Shown piece after piece: positions 18,327 to 25,078 of a DNA stretch of 26,347 nt. A program made the position numbers and the translations under genes. The notes beneath the pieces were generated by a model. The model made no database searches. It saw nothing but the letters and a program-made list of their open reading frames with translations, and was not told the DNA's origin. How positions within the stretch are numbered: position 1 is the first letter of the stretch; every line of letters begins with the position of its first letter. Origin of the DNA: a virus (lineage: Duplodnaviria; Caudoviricetes); IMG/VR virus record IMGVR_UViG_3300017705_000869, positions 1-26,347 of that record; one strand, written 5' to 3'.

Positions 18327-18664
18327 GATATTTATTCCACCTGCAAATAGATTTTGAATCCAGAGGTAATAACGGTACTATCTTGAGAGAAACTGTGTCC
18401 AAATTGAAGCAGGTTATTAGCTTGCTTGAGGGGAGCAGAAACATTCACCGTGGTGGGTTTGCAGATGATACTTCATTTGTTGATTACTGGTATACCGTTC
18501 AGCCAACTTTAGAAATAAATGAAAGTAAATCTTTAGATAGAGACTTGGTTCGCCATAGGTGTTCAGAGTGTAATGGAACAGGGGAAATAAATTCTAGTCT
18601 ACAAGATGGCATCACTATTGAGTGTCCGCATTGTAATACAACAGGAGAGATATATGTTAAATAA
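18323..18664 (+). CDS. Hypothetical protein with a C-terminal DnaJ-type zinc finger
   Basis: CSECNGTG and CPHCNTTG, two CxxCxGxG-like motifs. Confidence 0.7.
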   Translation: MRYLFHLQIDFESRGNNGTILRETVSKLKQVISLLEGSRNIHRGGFADDTSFVDYWYTVQPTLEINESKSLDRDLVRHRCSECNGTGEINSSLQDGITIECPHCNTTGEIYVK

Positions 18665-19139
18665 AACGAGAAAAGTAATGTTTAGTTCAAAAAGTGATGA
18701 GTGGGGAACTCCTCAAAGTTTTTTTGACAAACTAAATAAAAGATTTAAGTTTACTTTAGATCCTTGTGCAACGCACGAAAATCACAAATGTAATAAGTAT
18801 TATACAAAAGAAGATGATGGATTATCAAAATCTTGGAAAGGCGAAACAGTATTTGTCAATCCTCCTTATGGAGATATCAAGAGATGGGTAAAAAAATGTT
18901 ACGACGAGTATTTCCTTGGTGAAACAATGGTTGTTGTGCTAATACCTGCTCGTACAGACACAAAATATTGGCACGAGTATATTATGGAAGCCGCAAGTGA
19001 AATACAACTTGTAAAAGGTCGACTGAAATTTGAGAATGGAGAAAATAAACAGAACTCGGCTCCATTTCCATCTGCGGTCGTTGTTTTCGGCGGACTGCGA
19101 TGGGGTCCGGGTCCGCGAGTTGCGAGTATGGAGAGATGA
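18654..19139 (+). CDS. Phage N6-adenine DNA methyltransferase (phage Dam family)
   Basis: SDEWGTP, FTLDPCA, VFVNPPYG, LIPARTDT, GRLKF and APFPS. Start is probably ATG 18654 (or 18678), not 18606. Confidence 0.92.
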   Translation: MLNKTRKVMFSSKSDEWGTPQSFFDKLNKRFKFTLDPCATHENHKCNKYYTKEDDGLSKSWKGETVFVNPPYGDIKRWVKKCYDEYFLGETMVVVLIPARTDTKYWHEYIMEAASEIQLVKGRLKFENGENKQNSAPFPSAVVVFGGLRWGPGPRVASMER

Positions 19140-19456
19140 GCGAAAAACAAAAGAAGGTAATATTCTCAATACCAGAGAATGATAAGGTAAAATTTAAAGT
19201 CCAACTCCAATATGACAGTTTAACACAAGGTCAATTTTTTAAAGGAGTTATGGAAGCATACTTAGGAAAGGAAGAACATTTTATGAATTTTATTAATGAA
19301 CTTAAGAAAAAATTATCAACCCAGAGTGTCCCTCAACGAAAAAAAGCGCAGCAGGGTTTAAAAGCAGGACGCTCTACGGCAAATAAATTTGCGTTGGACG
19401 ACAATGAATTAGAAAACATTTTTGATATTCTTGAACAGGAGCACCCTGATCTATGA
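19136..19456 (+). CDS. Hypothetical protein, possible ribbon-helix-helix DNA-binding protein
   Basis: KVIFSIP (strand), ENDKVKFKVQL (helix), LTQGQFFKGVMEAYL (helix); ATGA overlaps at both ends. Confidence 0.55.
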   Translation: MSEKQKKVIFSIPENDKVKFKVQLQYDSLTQGQFFKGVMEAYLGKEEHFMNFINELKKKLSTQSVPQRKKAQQGLKAGRSTANKFALDDNELENIFDILEQEHPDL

Positions 19457-19692
19457 AATGTTACGAAGAGTGTAAGGCGAAGAACATAGAATGTCAAGCC
19501 CAATCTTGCAGGCTTTGGATTGATTACCCAAAAGACTTAAATTGCACAGAAATCTCTGTTCAAAAAAAAGGTCATATGGTTTTACGAGAGGTCGGTGACA
19601 GAATGAACCTAACTCCTTCAAGGATAAAACAAATTGAAAGTAAAGCCATCGACAAAATCACAAAGATAATGGCAAAGCTAAACATAACATAA
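19453..19692 (+). CDS. Small standalone sigma-70 region 4 HTH protein with a Cys-rich N-terminus
   Basis: MVLREVGDRMNLTPSRIKQIESKAIDKI matches TLxEVGxxxxLTxERIRQIExKALxKL; five Cys in the first 31 aa. Confidence 0.8.
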   Translation: MKCYEECKAKNIECQAQSCRLWIDYPKDLNCTEISVQKKGHMVLREVGDRMNLTPSRIKQIESKAIDKITKIMAKLNIT

Positions 19693-19763
19693 AAGGGTAT
19701 TTTGCATTCGTAGACACTATTTAGTAGCAGTACATTATAATACTACTAAGGAGAAACATCAAA

Positions 19764-20360
19764 ATGGCTAAAAACAAAACCTCACTCTTAAAGGAAAGCG
19801 CAGTTCGACGATTTATGAAGTTGGCAGAACTTAATGGTCTATCAGATCATTTTGTTAGTCAGAATTATATTGCGGAAGAAGAAGAGGTAGAGATGGACAT
19901 TTCAGGCGATGATGCCCCGACCGCCGACGTTGATATGGATGACGAAGCCGTTGATATGGATGACGAAGCCGTTGATATGGATGACGAGCCAGAAGCAGAA
20001 ATCACTCCTGAAGAAGCAAAACTTCTTGTCTCGATGGGAGACAGACTTAAAGCATCCGGTATCACAGGCGACGAAGATATGGATGACGAAGCCGTTGATA
20101 TGGATGACGAAGCCGTTGATATGGATGACGAAGCCGTTGATATGGATGACGAAGAAGAGGACGATGTACAATTAGAGTCTCTTGGTGTTGAAATTGTTGA
20201 TGATACTGTTATCAAAGAAGCACTTTATAAGCGCGTTGTTCAGCGCCTCGCAGCAACCAGCCAAGACCGTAAACTTGCTGAGAGCAAAAAGAAGAAGGTC
20301 GCCAACCAAGATGCCCTCGTTGAAAGAATTCTTGCACGAGTCACTGGCGAATCAAAATAA
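19764..20360 (+). CDS. Highly acidic repeat protein, possible head scaffold or internal protein
   Basis: AAGGAG RBS; N-terminal LLKESAVRRFMKLAEL; (VDMDDEA)n repeats; several [LI]xE sites. Confidence 0.6.
   Translation: MAKNKTSLLKESAVRRFMKLAELNGLSDHFVSQNYIAEEEEVEMDISGDDAPTADVDMDDEAVDMDDEAVDMDDEPEAEITPEEAKLLVSMGDRLKASGITGDEDMDDEAVDMDDEAVDMDDEAVDMDDEEEDDVQLESLGVEIVDDTVIKEALYKRVVQRLAATSQDRKLAESKKKKVANQDALVERILARVTGESK
19929..19987 (+). repeat. 21-bp tandem repeat, array 1 (~2.8 copies, in-frame VDMDDEA)
   Basis: GTTGATATGGATGACGAAGCC twice, plus a 17-nt partial copy. Confidence 0.95.
20076..20154 (+). repeat. 21-bp tandem repeat, array 2 (~3.8 copies of the same unit)
   Basis: GATATGGATGACGAAGCCGTT three times, plus a 16-nt partial copy. 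Confidence 0.95.
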
Positions 20361-20415
20361 TATTTACCCCCCCCCACCAAGCCGTATAAGATAATTTATT
20401 CTTATAAATTTTGTT

Positions 20416-20508
20416 ATGAGTAACGGCGAAAAACTTGCAGTCTTTTCTATTGGATTTCATGTTGGAATAGGCATAGTTTTGTTTGTAGTTTTATCTGTCT
20501 TAAAATAA
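20416..20508 (+). CDS. 30-aa single-transmembrane microprotein below the ORF-track cutoff
   Basis: ATG 20416 to TAA 20508 encodes MSNGEKLAVFSIGFHVGIGIVLFVVLSVLK and fills an otherwise empty gap. Confidence 0.5.
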   Translation: MSNGEKLAVFSIGFHVGIGIVLFVVLSVLK

Positions 20509-20514
20509 AAACTC

Positions 20515-20543
20515 TTGACTTTTTATTCTTCAGCTAGTATAAT
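20515..20543 (+). promoter_or_regulatory. Sigma70-type promoter, near-leaderless to ORF 20552
   Basis: TTGACT (20515-20520), 17 bp spacer, TATAAT (20538-20543); 8 nt separate the -10 from ATG 20552 and there is no SD. Confidence 0.75.
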
Positions 20544-20551
20544 TACTACTG

Positions 20552-20971
20552 ATGGATGACACAAACTTCGCACTTTTTATCCTTGGTTTCTTTGCAGGAT
20601 ATCTTGTAAAAACATTTTTTAATTTTCGTTCATCATACGAATCCGGCTCGATCCTTGTGGAACGTGTCGCAGATCAGTGTTTGATATTGTTGGGCTCTGT
20701 GGTCTATAAAATATCATATATGGATCAGATTTATAGAAAATCAATTGCTGCCGCGAAGGGCGACGAAGCTGCAAAGATTTGCGTTAACGAACTTTCATAC
20801 GAATTTGAAAATTGGAAGAAGCAAACAATGGAAACATTCGTGAAAGAATATCCAGAAGAATATCGTTGGCAATTAGAAGCAACTGACTGGCAAAGTGCGA
20901 TGAGGTGTTTAACTGATATTTACACTAGAGAGAAATTTGAAGATGGAAAAACCGAAGAAACCAACAACTGA
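20552..20971 (+). CDS. Hypothetical protein with an N-terminal membrane anchor
   Basis: Hydrophobic FALFILGFFAGYLV at the N-terminus; 139 aa. Confidence 0.7.
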   Translation: MDDTNFALFILGFFAGYLVKTFFNFRSSYESGSILVERVADQCLILLGSVVYKISYMDQIYRKSIAAAKGDEAAKICVNELSYEFENWKKQTMETFVKEYPEEYRWQLEATDWQSAMRCLTDIYTREKFEDGKTEETNN

Positions 20972-21245
20972 CTTCGATAACAAACAACGAGAATATGTTT
21001 GGAGTTATTTTAGAGAAAAAAAAGTTGTCCATTTCGAAGATACTTTTATTGACGCCCAAAAAGCTTTTGTAATTAATAGTGCTTTACGTTGGGCAATAAA
21101 AGAAATACGCGACAACAGTATGCGTGAACCAAGATGGAAAAAGTTTAAAAGGATGATTGATCAGTACGTTGCTGGAATGGTAGAGATCAAGTGGACCAAA
21201 GGCAAACCGACATCAATAGAGGTGAAACATGACAGAAGAGAATGA
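20943..21245 (+). CDS. Hypothetical protein
   Basis: Basic ORF overlapping both neighbours; ATG 20943 preferred to TTG 20937. Confidence 0.65.
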   Translation: MEKPKKPTTDFDNKQREYVWSYFREKKVVHFEDTFIDAQKAFVINSALRWAIKEIRDNSMREPRWKKFKRMIDQYVAGMVEIKWTKGKPTSIEVKHDRRE

Positions 21246-21843
21246 AGACCAGGAAAAAATTGTAATGTTTTCTGATTTGCTAGGTGGAGATACACAAACA
21301 AGAATAACTGGCATCTTCGGTGAAATCTCCGAAGACTCGTGCAAAAATGTTCTTTCAGATCTTCTTATAATAAAAGAAAAGGATCATAAAGATCGAATGT
21401 TGAGTGAAGAAAAAGAATCAGTAGAAATCCCACCAATCGAATTTATAATATCTACAGAAGGCGGTAACGTGCAAGATATGTTTTCGGTCTATGATTGTAT
21501 GAGAACTATAAAAGATCAAGTTGATATTGAAACTTTTGGATTGGGAAAAGTAATGTCGGCTGGGATTCTTCTTTTAGCTGCCGGAACAAAAGGCAAGCGC
21601 AAGGTCGGTAAGTATTGTCGCCTTATGATGCACTCAGTACAAGGCGGTCAGTTTGGTTCTATTATGGAACTAGAAACAGATATAAAAGAAGTTCGTTGGT
21701 ATCAAAATCAATTCATTGATGCTCTTGCATCAGAAACAAAACTTTCCAAAAGAGAAGTAACCAATATCTTTCGTCGCAAAACCGATACATATTTTGATGC
21801 CGAAAAAGCATTAGAATGGGGCATTGTAGATGAGATTGTTTGA
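21229..21843 (+). CDS. clpP: ClpP-family serine protease (paralogue 2)
   Basis: ISTEGG, GLGKVMSAGILLLAAG (Ser), LMMHS (His) and DTYFDAEKALEWGIVDEI (Asp). Confidence 0.92.
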   Translation: MTEENEDQEKIVMFSDLLGGDTQTRITGIFGEISEDSCKNVLSDLLIIKEKDHKDRMLSEEKESVEIPPIEFIISTEGGNVQDMFSVYDCMRTIKDQVDIETFGLGKVMSAGILLLAAGTKGKRKVGKYCRLMMHSVQGGQFGSIMELETDIKEVRWYQNQFIDALASETKLSKREVTNIFRRKTDTYFDAEKALEWGIVDEIV

Positions 21844-22579
21844 TTGCTTTAGAGGCTTTCAACGGTCGAAAGAATTATTAGAAACCGCTAAACAAATTGA
21901 CCCGCCCGAAGCAAAAAATTATATCATTGCTAATGGTTTGAAGCACAATATTGATTGGGACAAAGTTGTTGTTTACACACAGCCAGAAGCGTTAGAACTA
22001 CCCAGCTATTGCTATAAAACTGTAAAATCTGAAAGAAAACCAACGATGTTTATGGCTCATTGGGATGTTTGTCTATCATCTAAATCGTGTTATAAAATCC
22101 TTATAAAACGAAAACTTTCAGTGCATTTCCTTATTGATAATGACGGCACAATTTATCAAGTTATGGATACAAACCATATTGCCTGGCACGCTGGAAGAAG
22201 AAAAGTAAACAATACCAGCATTGGTGTTGAAATATCAAATGCTTATTATCCCAAATACCAAAGTTTATATGTGAAGAATGGATTTGGAGAGAGGCCTGTT
22301 TGGAACAACAGTAAAGTTCATAATAGAGTTTTGGAACCTCATTTAGGTTTTTATCCAGTTCAGGAAAAAGCTTTTGCCGCGCTTGCAAAATGTTTGAATA
22401 AGGTATATAATATTCCTTTGGAAGTTCCAAAAGTGAATAATCAATTAGTGAAAACTATTTATAAAGACGCAAAGGAAGCAAAATATAAGGGTGTAGTAAA
22501 CCATTATCACATTACCGAAAGGAAAATTGATTGTGCTGGTTTTAAAATTGATGAGGCAATAAAAGATGGACAACATTAG
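21830..22579 (+). CDS. N-acetylmuramoyl-L-alanine amidase (Amidase_2), putative endolysin
   Basis: AHWD, SVHFLIDNDGTIYQ, AWHAG, NNTSIGVEI and HYH...KIDC zinc ligands. Confidence 0.88.
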   Translation: MRLFDCFRGFQRSKELLETAKQIDPPEAKNYIIANGLKHNIDWDKVVVYTQPEALELPSYCYKTVKSERKPTMFMAHWDVCLSSKSCYKILIKRKLSVHFLIDNDGTIYQVMDTNHIAWHAGRRKVNNTSIGVEISNAYYPKYQSLYVKNGFGERPVWNNSKVHNRVLEPHLGFYPVQEKAFAALAKCLNKVYNIPLEVPKVNNQLVKTIYKDAKEAKYKGVVNHYHITERKIDCAGFKIDEAIKDGQH

Positions 22580-22814
22580 CCGAAAAGATTTGCTTGAAAT
22601 TTTAGCAGATCTTGAACATCGGCAATGGGCACACTGGACGCGATATATGTTAGACAATTACACACCTGAAAATGTTGAGCGTTGGAGAAGACAAGTTCAA
22701 ACAGATTATAAAGATTTATCAGAACCAGAAAAAGATAGTGATAGAACTTGGGCTTCGACGGTCTTGTTTCACATTGATGAGTATGAACGAGAAAAAAAGA
22801 GGGGCAAAAAATGA
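22566..22814 (+). CDS. Small standalone RyR (ryanodine receptor repeat) domain-like protein
   Basis: EILADLEHRQWAHW ... YKDLSEPEKDSDR matches the RyR consensus LAxxxHxxW ... YxxLxExEKxxDR. Confidence 0.65.
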   Translation: MDNISRKDLLEILADLEHRQWAHWTRYMLDNYTPENVERWRRQVQTDYKDLSEPEKDSDRTWASTVLFHIDEYEREKKRGKK

Positions 22815-24160
22815 AATATAATGACTTAGAAAAATTGGTTGAGAATATTATAACGGAGCAGCCGGATAAGATTGCTAAAGCACGCCAGCTTGAAAATTCT
22901 CTAGTTGATGCTTGGAATGGAGAAGACGCCACCGCTTTTCAAAGTTTATCAAAAGCTATTGTAGATGATTTGAAGCAAAAAACATCAGGGGATGCGGAGA
23001 TCGTTGCCACTTATCCCATTACAGAACGTTGGATCAGGTACGGCGGGGTTGATAAAACACCAAAAGCAGATATTCGTCTTGGAAAACATCGTACATCTTT
23101 GAAAATGGGCTCCGGTCAGTTTATGTCTGGGCAAAAAGGTGAAACTACAGCAACTCTTTTGTGTTCACTAGAAGATAGCGGAATCTATAATTTAGAGGGC
23201 TTCACCAAAGAAGCCATCAGAGAATTGGATAAATTAGAAAATAAGTTAATTTTTGAATCTTCGGCTGGGGCTTTAAAACGTTCCGTCGAGAAAAAAGATG
23301 CGTCCACTGATTTTACGTCTGATGAACAAAAAATGGCAGAGAGGCTCACAATTCAAAAAAAAGTACAACAATATTTTGATGAGATTACAGATCCAAAAAC
23401 AAACCCCGAGGTGAAATATTATTTTTTACGAGAAGCTATGTCTGGGGTCGCAAAGTTTGGAAAAGAATCGCCCGCTACCGCAGATACTTTACTTTCCGTA
23501 GCCGGGGTTGATACAATTTATGGAGTTAAGAAAAAGGGAAAAAGAGCAGGTGGAGTGATAAGTACTGATCCGACATTTGAAAATATCGATGATTTTTATA
23601 GCTTTTCGCCAATTAATCGTAAAGTGATCAATAGTTATATGCCTCTCGTCAACCTGAGTGTCAAATTCAAGTCGGACTCAATAAAAGATGCTAAAGGAAA
23701 TAATATAGGTACAAAAGCAAGAGAGGTGGTGGGGCTTTTATTTGCCGAATCAGATAAGTTTAAGAAGTCCTTGCAAAATACACTTAATCAATTAAATGAG
23801 TCTCAAGATTTTCATCTTGACGAAGGTCTATTGGATAATATAAAATCTGGGATCGCATCTTTTAAGGACTTTTTTGCAGCCCTGCCGTCCAAAGCGGCAG
23901 ACAAGATAAAATCAATTTACAAATCTTTCGTAGAAAAAATTAAGAAGGGTTTTGATATTATAAAAAAAGTCATAATTAACGTCGCTCAACAAGGAATAAA
24001 TGCAGTTCTTAGATTTTTTAAAGTAACTCCTCTCGTTCGCTTTGAGAATGAAATAAATTTTTCCTCACTTACACGAAAACAAAACGAACACTTGACAAAT
24101 AACGAACTTTCGTATAAAATGCTTTATGAGATGGTAGAAAATCTCATGAGCAAAAAATGA
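22811..24160 (+). CDS. Hypothetical protein with a putative PD-(D/E)XK nuclease-like motif; possibly virion-packaged
   Basis: Helix with E (QLENSLV) followed by TPKADIRLGKHRTSLKM (D...SLK); termini rich in [LI]xE (LEKLVENIITE, LNE, LDEG, LYE). Confidence 0.5.
   Translation: MKYNDLEKLVENIITEQPDKIAKARQLENSLVDAWNGEDATAFQSLSKAIVDDLKQKTSGDAEIVATYPITERWIRYGGVDKTPKADIRLGKHRTSLKMGSGQFMSGQKGETTATLLCSLEDSGIYNLEGFTKEAIRELDKLENKLIFESSAGALKRSVEKKDASTDFTSDEQKMAERLTIQKKVQQYFDEITDPKTNPEVKYYFLREAMSGVAKFGKESPATADTLLSVAGVDTIYGVKKKGKRAGGVISTDPTFENIDDFYSFSPINRKVINSYMPLVNLSVKFKSDSIKDAKGNNIGTKAREVVGLLFAESDKFKKSLQNTLNQLNESQDFHLDEGLLDNIKSGIASFKDFFAALPSKAADKIKSIYKSFVEKIKKGFDIIKKVIINVAQQGINAVLRFFKVTPLVRFENEINFSSLTRKQNEHLTNNELSYKMLYEMVENLMSKK
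24092..24120 (+). promoter_or_regulatory. Sigma70-type promoter within the 3' end of the 449-aa ORF, upstream of the mom-like gene
   Basis: TTGACA (24092-24097), 17 bp spacer, TAAAAT (24115-24120). Confidence 0.7.
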
Positions 24161-25077
24161 AACAAGAAGTATACGACCGATTTAAAAACTACAATAAAGA
24201 TCACTGTTGGCAGTATGAGATCCGTCAACAAAACTTGATCAGCGATCTAAAAGAAGCAAACCTTACAGAAGAAGAATACAATTCTTTACGAATTCAAGAT
24301 TTTGAATTCTCTTATGTTGATAAAGAAGACAAAAAACAATGTGAAGAGATCAAGCTCTTTATCAAAAGACACGAATGGTTAGGTAAACTACCAGCCAGAC
24401 CAACACATAGATTTATCGCAAGGCTAAAAAAGAATGGAACTATTGCAGGTGCTATTGTTATGGCGACCCCAAATGCATTTTCGCACATTTTGGGAAAAGA
24501 AAACAGAGACAAAGAAAAACTTATAAGTCGCGGTGCTTGTATATCTTGGGCACCAAAAAATCTCGGCTCTTGGCTCATTATGAAATCAATCAAATGGATG
24601 GTAAAAAACACTCAATTTCGTATGTTTTCCGCCTATTCAGATCCAGAGGCAAAGGAGTTAGGGACCATCTACCAAGCTTGTAATTTCATCTATTTAGGGC
24701 AAAAATCTGGCACTGCAAAGCAATATTTTGACCCCAACAGACCTGAGCTTGGCTGGTTCAGCGATAGAGATTTTCGGAAGAAATCAAAATATAAGCTTTA
24801 CGCTCAAAGAATAGGGCTTACATTTGAGGAATGGAAAGGGTATATGAAAAAGTATTCTCCTAATTGGGAGATCATACCTGAAGAGATCAAAATAAAAATC
24901 AAGGAAGAAGAAAAGAAATACAGAGAGAGTTGCAAATGTAGAGATATGAAGCCGAAACACAAATACATTTACATTCTTGGTCGATCAAAAAAAGAAACCA
25001 AAGAACTCAAAAAACTATTTGAAAAAAACAATCCAAAGGTGTTACAATTAGAGTATCCAATGGAAAGAGGAAAGTAA
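24157..25077 (+). CDS. mom: Mom-family (GNAT-fold) DNA adenine-modification protein
   Basis: FIKRHEWLG, LISRGAC...APKNLGSWLI, SAYSDP...GTIYQACNFIYLG and KHKYIY, the hallmark motifs of Mu Mom-like proteins. Confidence 0.78.
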   Translation: MKQEVYDRFKNYNKDHCWQYEIRQQNLISDLKEANLTEEEYNSLRIQDFEFSYVDKEDKKQCEEIKLFIKRHEWLGKLPARPTHRFIARLKKNGTIAGAIVMATPNAFSHILGKENRDKEKLISRGACISWAPKNLGSWLIMKSIKWMVKNTQFRMFSAYSDPEAKELGTIYQACNFIYLGQKSGTAKQYFDPNRPELGWFSDRDFRKKSKYKLYAQRIGLTFEEWKGYMKKYSPNWEIIPEEIKIKIKEEEKKYRESCKCRDMKPKHKYIYILGRSKKETKELKKLFEKNNPKVLQLEYPMERGK

Positions 25078-25078
25078 A

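Noticed and set aside
19929-20154. CRISPR array
   Set aside because: The repeats are head-to-tail without unique spacers, are a multiple of 3 and are in-frame within a gene; no cas genes.
19865-20215. Alternative-frame and antisense ORFs over the repeats (19865-20215, 19902-20171, 19909-20175)
   Set aside because: They are by-products of a stop-free 21-bp repeat, with no RBS or independent signal.
148-24611. Short minus-strand and nested ORFs in the supplied track
   Set aside because: All are shadows of well-supported + strand genes and show no recognisable motifs.
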